A DNA stretch of 64,000 nucleotides, from assembly GCA_964505975.1 (NCBI GenBank), contig CAZDLW010000003.1, forward strand, positions 2,947 to 66,946, written 5' to 3'. The DNA is from an uncultured Bifidobacteriaceae bacterium (GTDB taxonomy: Bacteria > Acidobacteriota > Vicinamibacteria > Vicinamibacterales > UBA2999). Numbering within the stretch: position 1 is the first letter of the stretch; every line of letters starts with the position of its first letter. The position numbers were made by a program, and so were the translations under genes. The notes under the pieces are model-generated. The model did not search any database and was not told the origin of the DNA. It saw only the letters and a program-made list of their open reading frames with translations. Shown piece by piece: positions 1 through 9,755 of the stretch.

Positions 1-620
1 CGCCCGTTGTAGCTGATGGGCGTCTCGTAAAGCCGGACCTGCCGCTTGGCCAGCTTGATGGTGACTTCGGGCTCGAAACCAAACCGCTGGCTCCTGATCG
101 GAATGCTCTGCAGGAGAGAAGTCCGGAACGCCTTGTAACACGTCTCCATGTCGGTCAGGTTCAGGTCCGAAAACAGGTTGCACATTCCGGTGAGCAGGCG
201 ATTGGCCAGCGAATGCCAGAAGTACAACACGCGCCGCTCGCCGCCGACCGCGAACCGGGAGCCGTACACGGCGTCGGCCCGGCCGTCCAGGAGCGGAGCG
301 AGGAGCCTAGGATAGTCCTTTGGGTCGTACTCGAGATCGGCATCTTGAATAACCGCAAAATCGCCCCGAGCCGCCGCAATCGCGCGCTGCAGTGCGGCAC
401 CCTTGCCCTGATTGCGTGCGCTCCGCAGGAGCCGGATGACGCCGGGATGTCGTGCGGCCACCAATTCGACAGCTTCTGCCGACCCATCGGTGGATCCGTC
501 GTCGGCAACGATGATTTCCAGTTCGAGGCCGGATGGCAACGGTGCGGAGATGACGCGTTCCAGCAACGTTCCCACGAAGTCTTCTTCGTTGAAGAGGGGT
601 ACGAGAACGGACAGCTTCAT
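1..620 (-). CDS. GT2 glycosyltransferase (DPM1-like), partial, runs off left edge; not in ORF track
   Basis: Manual translation from CAT at 618-620: MKLSVLVPLFNEEDFVGTLLERV...EIIVADDGSTDGS...IQDADLEYDP...YGSRF...DMETCYKAFRT...RFGFEPEVTIKL; typical GT-A motifs, and the frame reads as coding to the window edge. Confidence 0.9.
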   Translation of the reverse strand, partial: MKLSVLVPLFNEEDFVGTLLERVISAPLPSGLELEIIVADDGSTDGSAEAVELVAARHPGVIRLLRSARNQGKGAALQRAIAAARGDFAVIQDADLEYDPKDYPRLLAPLLDGRADAVYGSRFAVGGERRVLYFWHSLANRLLTGMCNLFSDLNLTDMETCYKAFRTSLLQSIPIRSQRFGFEPEVTIKLAKRQVRLYETPISYNG

Positions 621-858
621 GGCGTGATCCGAGGCTGTTGACGTCGATGCCGCGATGCCGCACTCAGGCATCGTTGCGATCGGCTTCGCGGACCCTGTTG
701 CATATCGCACCAGACGAAACTGCGACGAGATTCTTCGTGTGTGTGTCGGCCACGCGTCAGCAGCTCTGTTGGTGGCTTCAAAGACTCGAGCCGTCGCATG
801 CAGAAGGGCCGATTGTCGCGACTCACGGCTCGATCCGGCGCCCAGGCAGCAGCGCATC

Positions 859-1884
859 TCAGGCTGTCCAGAAGAAATCCGCATCGATCTGCCTGGTCTC
901 CAGGAGCCATTGGATCTGCTTCAACCTGGTGTGGGCGCGTGACTCGAACACCTCTCCAGGCATGTCGATCGCCTGGAAGACCTTCAAGAGCTGCTGCGCG
1001 CCCATGGCCACATCGAATCTGCACTTGAAGCCCGGGAGTCTCGTGTTGATCTTGTCGAAGTTGACCTTGTAGTCGCGTTTGTCGTCGCCGCGCGTCCCAA
1101 TCGAGAGCCGACAGCCGGGAAACGTGTCCGCGATGGCCCGGGCGACGTCCTTCACCTGGTAGTTCTCGGTATTGTTGCCTACGTTGAACGTCTCGGCGTG
1201 CACGAGCGACTCCGGCGCCTCGAGTGTGCAGGCAGCCGCCTGGCAGATGTCCAGTACGTGGACGAAGGGGCGCCACGGAGTGCCATCGGACTCCATTCTG
1301 ATCTCCCGGTTGCACCACGCGTGACCGGCGAGGTTGTTGACCACCAGATCGAAGCGTTGCCGTGGACTTGCGCCATATGCGGTCGCGTTTCGCAGGAACG
1401 TCGGCACGAAGTCGTCGCCGGCCATTGCGCCGAGATCGCCTTCGACGAGCAGCTTACACCGCGCGTACGCGGTCAGCGGATTCACCGCGCCGTTCTCGTC
1501 CGATGCACGAGTCGACGATGCGCCGTAGACGCTGCAGCTGGAGAAGTAGACGAAACGCCTCACCCCAACAGATCTGGCCTTCGTTGCGAGCGCGACGGTC
1601 CCGAGGTGGTTGATCTTGAACGTGATCTCGGGGTGAAGCTGCCCCACCGGATCGTTACTCAACTCCGCCAGGTGCACGATCGCGTCGAATCCGCGGAGGT
1701 CGTCCGCGGTGACCTGCCGAATGTCCTTGAACATGGTGTGCGGCATCCTCGTCACGCCATTGCACAGCCACGCGGCGCGGTGGAAGCCCGTGTCGAGGCC
1801 GATGACCTCGTGCCCGCGATCCATGAGATACGGCCCGAGGAGTGTGCCGATATAGCCGTCGCTGCCAGTCACGAGAACGTTCAT
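859..1884 (-). CDS. NAD-dependent epimerase/dehydratase (extended SDR)
   Basis: MNVLVTGSDGYIG Rossmann motif, HLAELSNDP, SSCSVYG, YARCK (YxxxK), FLRNATAYG.SPR.RFDLVVN. Start trimmed to the ATG at 1884. Confidence 0.9.
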   Translation of the reverse strand: MNVLVTGSDGYIGTLLGPYLMDRGHEVIGLDTGFHRAAWLCNGVTRMPHTMFKDIRQVTADDLRGFDAIVHLAELSNDPVGQLHPEITFKINHLGTVALATKARSVGVRRFVYFSSCSVYGASSTRASDENGAVNPLTAYARCKLLVEGDLGAMAGDDFVPTFLRNATAYGASPRQRFDLVVNNLAGHAWCNREIRMESDGTPWRPFVHVLDICQAAACTLEAPESLVHAETFNVGNNTENYQVKDVARAIADTFPGCRLSIGTRGDDKRDYKVNFDKINTRLPGFKCRFDVAMGAQQLLKVFQAIDMPGEVFESRAHTRLKQIQWLLETRQIDADFFWTA

Positions 1885-2168
1885 GTTCCATCTCACTCGA
1901 ATGGCGCATTTGGCACCAGCCGTCAGTCGGGGCCGGCAGCATCTGACCAGGGGCGGGTAACCAGCCCGCTGAGCCCCGCGGCTGGTTGCCAGTCTCTCTT
2001 CCACCCCACGGCGCAGCGTGCGCCGTGGGGGCCCGCTTGCCGCGCTTCGCGCGGCTAGTGCCGCTATGCGGTCGGGGGCAACGAGTACGAAATTCGCGTT
2101 CGGGCCGCATGGTGGTCCCACGCATGTCCAATTTTGCACCAGAGCATCGCGGACGGTAATATCAGCGC

Positions 2169-2384
2169 TCATCGTGGACGTAGGCTTGGCGGCAGGGGTG
2201 GACCTGTTTGCTGGTGGGGCACGCATTCACGCGTCCCCGGCTCACACTGGGGGCTCTGCGAAACGACACTTTGCAGATATAGTGGGCCGGGAACGGCACG
2301 ACTGTTTCCATTTCTTACACATGACGACAGGATCGCTACAGCTAGCCAGGCGACGACGTTGCGCGGCCGAGCCGTGGTCGCCAC
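2169..2384 (-). CDS. Possible small lipoprotein (71 aa), tentative
   Basis: AAGGAGGT 5 nt before a GTG; basic N-terminus, hydrophobic stretch and LSSC lipobox-like motif. Codon usage is atypical for this GC-rich DNA. Confidence 0.25.
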   Translation of the reverse strand: MATTARPRNVVAWLAVAILSSCVRNGNSRAVPGPLYLQSVVSQSPQCEPGTRECVPHQQTGPPLPPSLRPR

Positions 2385-2809
2385 TGGCGACCTCCTTCAG
2401 GGCAGGGTCAATCGCCAATGATCGACAGTTTCTTGCCCTTCGCCAAGTGGTACGATTCCCGCCGAATCAAGGCAACAGGCGCCCGTGCTACTCGCGGGTC
2501 CCAGGAAATGCTGGGGTCTGAACGGCTGTGCCTTCGTGGCTGGCAAGCTCATCTGTTGGTACGATTACGAGGAACGATCTGTGCAGCATATCGCCGTGCG
2601 GGGTGCGTGGATACCGGCGCAGCTCTTGCGCGAAAGACGCACGGGAGAGACATAAGGGGGAAGCGTAGCAGTGTCGGTGCAGCAGAGGAGCGATGCGCCG
2701 CGCTTCTGAAAGTTCCCGCCCCACGCCGCCGGCCGGGGATTCCTCTGCCCGCCAACATTCCTATCGCACGGCAGTCGCCGGCCGAGCGCAACTCTGCGGA
2801 CAGAAGAGC

Positions 2810-3676
2810 ATGCTGACGCCGCCGAAGGAGTCCTCGGAGTCCATCCGCCGGCCATCGAAGATGGTGGCTGTTGTCGTGCCGGCATCGCTCCGGCACGAGC
2901 TCACGCCGGACGAAGCGGTGTCCCTCAGACACCTGCTCCACTTCCTCGAGCCGTACGACAAGTTCCTCATCGCCCCCAAAGGGTCGAACGTTCGCCTGGA
3001 GGGCCTGGAGACGATCGAAACGAGCAAAAAGTACTTCGGCTCGGTCCAGGGCCATGGCTGGTTGCTGTACAGCGCGGACTTCTATCGAAGGTTCCAGGAC
3101 TACAAGTACATCCTTCTCTATCACCTCGATGCCCTGGTCTTTCGGGATGAGTTGCTCGGCTGGTGCGAGACGGATGTCGACTACCTCGGCGCTCCGTGGA
3201 TCCCGTGCGCGGACCTGCCATGGGTCGAGAAGCCGGCCGTGGGAAATGGCGGCTTCACGTTGATGAAGGTCGAGACCGTTCTGAGTGTCCTGCGCATTCG
3301 TCACGAATCGGAGCCGGCGAAGCGCTGGGAAGACCGGTTGGCGCCCGTGTGTCGCGTCGTGCAAGCTGTTCTCCGCCATCCGAGGCGGCTCGCACCGACC
3401 TGGCTGCGCAGGCAGGTGCCGCCTGCACTTCGCAGGCAACTGGACAAGATCGACGGCGTGGAAGTGAACACCCGTGAGGTGGATTTCTTCTGGTCATTCG
3501 ACGCCGTGAAATACGTCCCGGACTTCAGAATTCCAGACTGGCGTACGGCGCTTCGCTTCGCGTTCGAAGGCAGCCCGCGGTTGTGCTACGAGCTGAACGG
3601 GAGACAGCTGCCTTTCGGGTGTCACGCATGGGGCCGATACGACCGCGGTTTCTGGGAGCCCTGGCTGTTGAGGTAG
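2810..3676 (+). CDS. DUF5672-family protein (putative GT-A-like), copy 1
   Basis: YHLDALVFRDEL..WC...DYLGAPW, VGNGGFTL, DFFWS, ALRFAFE, LPFGCHAW pattern; paralog at 29716. Confidence 0.75.
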   Translation: MLTPPKESSESIRRPSKMVAVVVPASLRHELTPDEAVSLRHLLHFLEPYDKFLIAPKGSNVRLEGLETIETSKKYFGSVQGHGWLLYSADFYRRFQDYKYILLYHLDALVFRDELLGWCETDVDYLGAPWIPCADLPWVEKPAVGNGGFTLMKVETVLSVLRIRHESEPAKRWEDRLAPVCRVVQAVLRHPRRLAPTWLRRQVPPALRRQLDKIDGVEVNTREVDFFWSFDAVKYVPDFRIPDWRTALRFAFEGSPRLCYELNGRQLPFGCHAWGRYDRGFWEPWLLR

Positions 3677-3747
3677 AAGCACCGCCGTGGCTGTGGCGAT
3701 TCGGCTGCCGTGGTCGGCGGCTATTCTCGCCCGGGTCCCTGAGGGAG

Positions 3748-5079
3748 ATGCGCTTGACCGACAATGCGAGTCCGACACGGTTCTGCCGGCATTGCCGTGA
3801 AGAGCTACAGCATGTGTTCGTCGATCTGGGCTTTGCGCCGCTGGCGAATGCGTACCTGAGCGAGGCTGATCTCAACAGACCCGAGCGCTCGTACCCGCTC
3901 AGGCTGTACGTCTGCCGCCAGTGTTGGCTCGTGCAGACAGAGGACCATGCCTGGGCGGGTGAGCTCTTCGGGGAGGAGTACGCGTATTTCTCGTCCGTCT
4001 CGAGTAGCTGGGTGGCACATGCCGTCCGGTACGTGGCAACAATCACGCGAAGGCTCGAACTCGATCGCCATCGGATGGTCGTCGAGGTTGCATGCAATGA
4101 CGGATACCTGTTGGAACACTTCGTCGCGGCCGGAATCCCGTGTCTTGGAATCGAGCCGACCGCCAGTGCGGCGGCAGTCGCCCGGGCCAGGAATGTTCCG
4201 GTCGTGGAGGATTTCTTCGGTGCGCCATTGGCCAGGAAGCTCGTCGCACGTGGCATACAGGCGGACCTGGTAGTGGCGAACAACGTGCTGGCGCACGTGC
4301 CGGATATCAACGAGTTCGTGGCGGGATTCGCCGTGCTGCTCAAACCGCAGGGCATGGCGACCTTCGAGTTTCCCCATCTGCTCAGGCTGGTCGCGGACGC
4401 GCAGTTCGACACGATCTATCACGAGCATTTTTCCTATCTGTCGCTTACCGTGGTCGACCGCATCTTCACCGCCGGCGGGTTGACGGTCGTGGATGTGGAG
4501 GAACATCCGACTCATGGCGGCAGCCTGCGCGTGTTTGCGCAGCGACGCGACACGGGTCCGCATGCGCGCAGCGCCGCCGTGGAGGATCTGCTGCAGCGCG
4601 AGGCTCGGGCCGGCGTACTCACGCCCGGCTACTACGCCGGGTTCCAGACGAAGGCCGACGCCATCAAGAACCAGCTCCTCGGATTCCTCTTGGCCGCGAA
4701 ACGGCGTGGCAAAACGGTGGGCGCCTACGGGGCCGCCGCAAAGGGGAGCACGCTGCTCAACTACGCCGGTGTCAGGCCCGACCTGCTCCCGTTCGTCTGC
4801 GACGCCGCGCCGTTGAAACGGGGCAAGTACATGCCAGGGAGCCACATTCCCATCGTGCCGCCGGCGGCCCTGAGAGAACGCAAGCCGGACATCGTGCTGA
4901 TCCTGCCCTGGAACATCGCCGACGAAGTCGTGCGGGAGCATGGCTATATTCGTGAGTGGGGGGGGCGGTTTGCAGTGGCCTTGCCCGCGATGAAAGTACT
5001 CCCGACTGAATACCACATGGTTCCGGTGCTGGGTGGGACGATGCGGGGACGGACCACAACCCTGGTCGCCACCCCATAG
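3748..5079 (+). CDS. NDP-sugar C-methyltransferase (Zn-binding N-terminus, class I SAM MT)
   Basis: CRHC...CRQC zinc motif, VVEVACNDGYLL, NNVLAHVPD, FDTIYHEHFSY, HPTHGGSLR, YGAAAKGSTLLN, ILPWNI; GAGGGAG before the ATG. Confidence 0.9.
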   Translation: MRLTDNASPTRFCRHCREELQHVFVDLGFAPLANAYLSEADLNRPERSYPLRLYVCRQCWLVQTEDHAWAGELFGEEYAYFSSVSSSWVAHAVRYVATITRRLELDRHRMVVEVACNDGYLLEHFVAAGIPCLGIEPTASAAAVARARNVPVVEDFFGAPLARKLVARGIQADLVVANNVLAHVPDINEFVAGFAVLLKPQGMATFEFPHLLRLVADAQFDTIYHEHFSYLSLTVVDRIFTAGGLTVVDVEEHPTHGGSLRVFAQRRDTGPHARSAAVEDLLQREARAGVLTPGYYAGFQTKADAIKNQLLGFLLAAKRRGKTVGAYGAAAKGSTLLNYAGVRPDLLPFVCDAAPLKRGKYMPGSHIPIVPPAALRERKPDIVLILPWNIADEVVREHGYIREWGGRFAVALPAMKVLPTEYHMVPVLGGTMRGRTTTLVATP

Positions 5080-5211
5080 CGTGGTGTGACAGGAGTCGCC
5101 GGCGTCGACGAGGCAGTGTCGTCGCAGTTTTCCGTGGCGCCGCGGAATCTGCTGACGCTTCCGAGGGGCGCACGGCGCATCGACGATCATTCGCGAGCAG
5201 GAGTCCGCATC

Positions 5212-6060
5212 GTGCGAGTCATGGTGACCGGGGCCACGGGTTTCGTGGGCCGTCATGTCGTTGATGCCCTGGTGGCTCGCGGACACCAGGTCACCGCGGT
5301 AGCCCGGACCGTGCCTCGGACGGCGGAGTTGTCGTGGGGCGACGCCGTCGATTTCGTGGCGTGCGATGTGCACGACGCCGTGGAAGCCCTGACGCATCCC
5401 CAGGCTCCGGACGTGCTGGTGCATCTGGCATGGCCGGGGCTGCCCAATTTCAAGGCCCTGCTCCATTTCGAGGAGAACCTGCCAGCATCGTATCGCTTCA
5501 TCAAGGGCATGGTCGCTGCAGGCACGCCTCACGTGCTCGTGACCGGCACATGTCTCGAGTATGGGATGCAGGGTGGGCAGCTGTCGGAAGACGCCCCAGC
5601 CCTCCCGACCACGCCCTATGGCGTGGCCAAGAACACGTTGCGGCTCTTTCTGCAGGCGCTGCAGGCGCACCAGCCATTCGTGCTCCAGTGGGTGAGATTG
5701 TTCTATCTGTACGGCCCCGGACAGAGTGCCGGTAGCGTGCTCACCCAGCTCGATCGTGCGATTGATGCCGGTGAGCGCTGTTTCAACATGTCGGGCGGGG
5801 ATCAGTTGCGGGATTACCTTCCCGTGGAAGAAGCTGCCGGGTATCTGGCCACCCTCGTCGAGCAACGCGAATTCGCCGGCGTCACGAACTGCTGCAGCGG
5901 CCAGCCCACATCCATACGCAGTCTGGTCGAGCGGAGGATCGCGCAACGGGGCGCGAAGATCTCGCTGAATCTCGGGCACTACCCGTATCCCGATTACGAG
6001 CCCTTCGCCTTCTGGGGCTGCCGTCGGCGGCTCGATCAGCTCGTCGGAGCGCAACGATGA
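5212..6060 (+). CDS. NAD-dependent epimerase/4-keto-sugar reductase
   Basis: VMVTGATGFVG, HLAW, GTCLEYG, YGVAK, RLFYLYGPG, RDYL; GCAGGAG upstream of the GTG. Confidence 0.85.
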   Translation: MRVMVTGATGFVGRHVVDALVARGHQVTAVARTVPRTAELSWGDAVDFVACDVHDAVEALTHPQAPDVLVHLAWPGLPNFKALLHFEENLPASYRFIKGMVAAGTPHVLVTGTCLEYGMQGGQLSEDAPALPTTPYGVAKNTLRLFLQALQAHQPFVLQWVRLFYLYGPGQSAGSVLTQLDRAIDAGERCFNMSGGDQLRDYLPVEEAAGYLATLVEQREFAGVTNCCSGQPTSIRSLVERRIAQRGAKISLNLGHYPYPDYEPFAFWGCRRRLDQLVGAQR

Positions 6061-7148
6061 GGCGCGAGGTGTTTCGCGCTGAGGGCCTGCCCGCGCTGCA
6101 GAACCGAACCTTCGCCAGCGCGGCCGAGGCCAGAGCCAGCGTGACAGGCGATGTGGCGCTGGTCCAGGACGAACGCACCGGGCTCGTGTTCAATGCGGCG
6201 TTCGATCCACACCGGTTGCAGTACGACCGTCACTACCACAACGAACAGGAGCACTCACCTGTCTTTCGGCGACATCTCGCGGACGTGACCCAGGTAATCG
6301 CCCGTTTCTTCGCAGGACAGCGCCTGATCGAGGTCGGATGTGGGAAGGGCTATTTCCTCGAGCATCTGCAAGGGCTCGGGCACGAGATCACCGGCATCGA
6401 CCCTGCGTATGATGGCGACAACGTGGATGTGATCGCGGCCCCGTTCGAACGTGGGCTGGGATTGTCGGCCGACGGCGTCATCCTGAGGCACGTGCTGGAG
6501 CACATTCCCGATCCGATCGCATTCCTGTCGGACATCTCGGAGGCCAATGGCCGTCGCGGCGCCATCTACATCGAAGTGCCGTGCTTCGACTGGATACTGG
6601 GTCATCGTGCCTGGTTCGACGTGTTCTACGAGCACGTCAACTACTTCAGGCTCCATGATCTCGTCCGGATGTTCGGCTGCATCCACGAATACGGTCATCT
6701 GTTCGGAGGACAGTATCTGTATATCGTGGCCGACCTGGCCAGCCTGCGCGTCCCGGACGCACACGAATCCGACCGTATCACGATGCCCGACGACTTCCTG
6801 CACGGCATCGATCGCACGATAGCACTCATTCGGAGCAGCGGCGCCAGGCGCAATGCCATGTGGGGCGCGGCCTCGAAGGGGGTGATCTTCGCGGTGTACC
6901 TGCAGCGTGCGGGCATCACCCTCGACGAAGCAATCGATATCAACCCCGCCAAGCAGGGCCGATTCCTGCCCGTCAGTGCTCTCAGGGTCTCTGCTCCCGA
7001 GGACGCGGCGTCGCGGCTCGATGCCGAGGACAACCTGTTCGTGATGAACTCGAACTACCTCGATGAGATCATCGTTCGCTCGAATCGGCGTTATGCGTAC
7101 GTGGAGGTCGACTACCGCGACCGTCAGACGCGCGAGAGCGTGTCATGA
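6057..7148 (+). CDS. Class I SAM methyltransferase (C-methyltransferase-like)
   Basis: [44 protein letters not shown]; ATGA overlaps with both neighbours. Confidence 0.85.
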   Translation: MRREVFRAEGLPALQNRTFASAAEARASVTGDVALVQDERTGLVFNAAFDPHRLQYDRHYHNEQEHSPVFRRHLADVTQVIARFFAGQRLIEVGCGKGYFLEHLQGLGHEITGIDPAYDGDNVDVIAAPFERGLGLSADGVILRHVLEHIPDPIAFLSDISEANGRRGAIYIEVPCFDWILGHRAWFDVFYEHVNYFRLHDLVRMFGCIHEYGHLFGGQYLYIVADLASLRVPDAHESDRITMPDDFLHGIDRTIALIRSSGARRNAMWGAASKGVIFAVYLQRAGITLDEAIDINPAKQGRFLPVSALRVSAPEDAASRLDAEDNLFVMNSNYLDEIIVRSNRRYAYVEVDYRDRQTRESVS

Positions 7149-7921
7149 AGGTAGTCATTCTGGCCGGTGGACTCGGCTCGCGCCTCGCCGAGGAGACGTA
7201 TGTAAAGCCCAAGCCGATGGTGGAGATCGGTGGCAAGCCAATTCTGTGGCACATCATGAAGATCTATGCCGCTCACGATGTGAGCGAGTTCATCATCTGC
7301 TGCGGCTACAGAGGGCACATGATCAAGGAGTATTTCGCGAACTACTTCCTCTACGACGCCGACTGTCGCTTCGACCTGAAGAACAATCGCATGGAGGTGC
7401 TCCGCAACGGCGTGGAGCCCTGGATCGTCACACTCATCGATACCGGCGAGGCGACGATGACCGGCGGCCGCTTGAAGCGCGTGCGCGAGCATGTCGGCGA
7501 CGGGACGTTCTGTTTCACCTACGGCGACGGCGTCAGCGACGTCAACATCCGGGACCTGATTGCCTTTCACCGCGGTCAAGGGGCGCTCGCGACGCTCACG
7601 GCGGCGCAGCCGCCGGGCCGTTTCGGGACCCTCAGCCTGGGAAGCACGCAGACGCACGTGCGGAGCTTCCGCGAAAAGCCCGCAGGCGATGGCGCGTGGA
7701 TCAACGGCGGCTTCTTCGTGGTGGAGCCGCAGGCGCTGGATTACATTGCCGGCGACTCGACCGTCTGGGAGCGCGAACCACTCGAGAAACTGGCCGCGGA
7801 CGACGCGCTCGTCGCCTACAAACATCGGGGGTTCTGGCACCCCATGGATACCTTGCGCGACCGGATGTACCTGGAGGAGCTCTGGAACTCCGGCCAGGCG
7901 CCATGGAAGGTCTGGGAGTGA
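7145..7921 (+). CDS. rfbF: Glucose-1-phosphate cytidylyltransferase
   Basis: [74 protein letters not shown]. Confidence 0.95.
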   Translation: MKVVILAGGLGSRLAEETYVKPKPMVEIGGKPILWHIMKIYAAHDVSEFIICCGYRGHMIKEYFANYFLYDADCRFDLKNNRMEVLRNGVEPWIVTLIDTGEATMTGGRLKRVREHVGDGTFCFTYGDGVSDVNIRDLIAFHRGQGALATLTAAQPPGRFGTLSLGSTQTHVRSFREKPAGDGAWINGGFFVVEPQALDYIAGDSTVWEREPLEKLAADDALVAYKHRGFWHPMDTLRDRMYLEELWNSGQAPWKVWE

Positions 7922-7985
7922 CCGAGGCCTGGCCCGTTCGTCGCCGACTGCTTTCCAGCGCGGCACCGTTCGGAGGCGGAGCGGG

Positions 7986-8543
7986 ATGACGTTCACGGAA
8001 GAAACCACGATCCAAGGCGCGGTCGTCGTCGACGTGGAGCCGCGAAGCGACGATCGTGGCTTCTTCGCGCGCGCCTGGTGCGAGCAGGAATTCGAAGCTC
8101 ACGGCCTCAATCCACGGCTGGCCCAGGCGAATCTCTCCTATAACAGGAGGCGGGGCACGCTTCGCGGGTTGCATTACCAGGCAGCCCCGTACGAAGAGGC
8201 CAAGCTGGTCCGCTGCATCCGCGGAGCGATGTACGACGTGATCGTGGATCTCCGTCGTGCGTCATCCACGTACCTGCACTGGGCGGCAGTGGAGCTCAGT
8301 GCGGACAATCGTAAGGCGCTCTACGTACCTGAAGGGTGCGCTCACGGATTCCAGACGCTCGATGACGACACGGAAGTGTTGTACCTGATCACGCACCGCC
8401 ATATCCCCCACGCCGAACGGGGCGTGCGGTGGGATGACCCGGTATTCAATATCGCCTGGCCCCACGTGGAACATCGGGTGATGTCGGCAAAGGATCTCGC
8501 GTGGCCCCCATTCGCACCGGCAGGGGCTGTGGCTCGGCGATGA
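7986..8543 (+). CDS. rfbC: RmlC/RfbC-like NDP-4-keto-sugar 3,5-epimerase
   Basis: DDRGFFAR, RGTLRGLHYQ, EAKLVRC.RG..YDV.VDLR, LYVPEGCAHGFQTL, G.RWDDP. Confidence 0.9.
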   Translation: MTFTEETTIQGAVVVDVEPRSDDRGFFARAWCEQEFEAHGLNPRLAQANLSYNRRRGTLRGLHYQAAPYEEAKLVRCIRGAMYDVIVDLRRASSTYLHWAAVELSADNRKALYVPEGCAHGFQTLDDDTEVLYLITHRHIPHAERGVRWDDPVFNIAWPHVEHRVMSAKDLAWPPFAPAGAVARR

Positions 8544-8560
8544 CCTGGGGGCGCGTTGGA

Positions 8561-8586
8561 CCGGGCTAGCCCCGGGCTAGCCCGGG
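8561..8586. repeat. Perfect 16-bp palindrome CCCGGGCTAGCCCGGG (8571-8586) within a tandem duplication
   Basis: Read directly as ccgggctagc cccgggctag cccggg, 17 nt after the rfbC stop. Confidence 0.7.
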
Positions 8587-8702
8587 CGACGTCTTGAGCA
8601 CTTCGCGGAGCGCGGCAGAGGATACTGGCAACCGGGCATGCACGGCGTTCTGTCGGCCGCGGTGCTGGCTCACTTCATGCCGGCCTGCGGGCCACGGCAT
8701 CA

Positions 8703-8718
8703 TGGCACGAAATCAGCT
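8703..8718 (+). promoter_or_regulatory. Candidate sigma-54 promoter upstream of heptose operon
   Basis: TGGCACGAAATCAGCT: GG-N10-GC with a perfect TGGCACG -24 box and a weaker -12 box. Confidence 0.4.
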
Positions 8719-8830
8719 ACACTCCTCCTGAATAGGCGTATGAGATGGATGAGCGACGGTTGGACGCAACGTTGTTCTGCCAATCTCACCCGATTGAACT
8801 TCAGATTAGAATCTAGGCGGCGCTGAATTT

Positions 8831-8848
8831 CTTGCCCACGGCGTCAAG
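8831..8848. promoter_or_regulatory. Candidate operator CTTGCC-N6-GTCAAG
   Basis: Intergenic imperfect inverted repeat with the same spacing as the perfect copy at 37575-37592. Confidence 0.35.
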
Positions 8849-9116
8849 AATCAGAGGTTAAGGTCCGGCGTGAAGCAGACTTTCGTGAAGCTTGCGCATC
8901 AGTCACTCCACGGACAACGCGATAAAACCAGCGCCGGCGCCAGGTTACCGGCATCGTGGAAACCGTTCAGAGCCATGGACAGCCTCTTGCCTACGGTCTG
9001 GCTGCGACGGTCACGGAGCTAGGAAACCGTCCGTTGGCAAAGATCGGTTGCAGGACGGAATGTGACTGAGAGGGCGAAGCTGTGTGTATCTCTCTGGTTC
9101 GTTGCGAGAAATTGTC

Positions 9117-9755
9117 ATGATTCAAGACACGGACGCCCGGCGGGTGGCCGTCGAGTATCTGGATGTGCTCGGCCGCACTCTGCGCGATCTCGATCTCGAC
9201 GCGGTGCTGCGTGTCTGTGGGCACATCCAGCGCGTCCGGGACGTGGGCGGGATGGTCTATCTGGCTGGGAACGGGGGCAGTGCCGCTACGGCGTCACATT
9301 GGGCGAATGATCTTGGTAAGGCGACCAAACGGACCGACGCGAAGCCGATTCGGGTGATGAGCCTGGGAGATCAGCTATCGTGGCTGACCGCACTGGCGAA
9401 TGATGAAGGGTATGCGCGTGTGTTCGCCGGTCAGCTCGAGAATTTCGCCCACGCTGGAGATCTCCTGGCGGTTTTTTCGGCCAGCGGCAATTCGCCCAAT
9501 CTGGTCGAGGCCGTCCGCGTGGCCCGATCGCGGGGGGTGATGACCGTTGGGTTTCTCGGTTTCGACGGCGGAACGCTGAAATCCCTGGTGGACGACTACG
9601 TCTGGCTGCCAACCCCGATTGGGGCATATGGTGCGGCAGAGGACGGGCATCTGGTGGTCTGCCACCTCATGACGACGATCCTGGCGCGAGGTGCAGCGTC
9701 GAGCGAGCGAGCCGGCGTGACCGTGGCGTCCGAGTCGGGCTCCGTCCGGTCGTGA
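9117..9755 (+). CDS. gmhA: Phosphoheptose (sedoheptulose-7-P) isomerase, SIS domain
   Basis: GNGGSAATASHWANDLGK, LTALANDEGY, FSASGNSPN, GFDGG, EDGHL. Confidence 0.85.
   Translation: MIQDTDARRVAVEYLDVLGRTLRDLDLDAVLRVCGHIQRVRDVGGMVYLAGNGGSAATASHWANDLGKATKRTDAKPIRVMSLGDQLSWLTALANDEGYARVFAGQLENFAHAGDLLAVFSASGNSPNLVEAVRVARSRGVMTVGFLGFDGGTLKSLVDDYVWLPTPIGAYGAAEDGHLVVCHLMTTILARGAASSERAGVTVASESGSVRS

Noticed and set aside
1885-2226. 113-aa N-terminal extension of the SDR in the ORF track
   Set aside because: The Rossmann motif starts at the ATG at 1884; the extension is low-complexity and looks non-coding.
3805-6054. 749-aa minus-strand ORF
   Set aside because: Antisense shadow of well-supported + strand genes; no motifs. 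Such shadows are common in GC-rich DNA.
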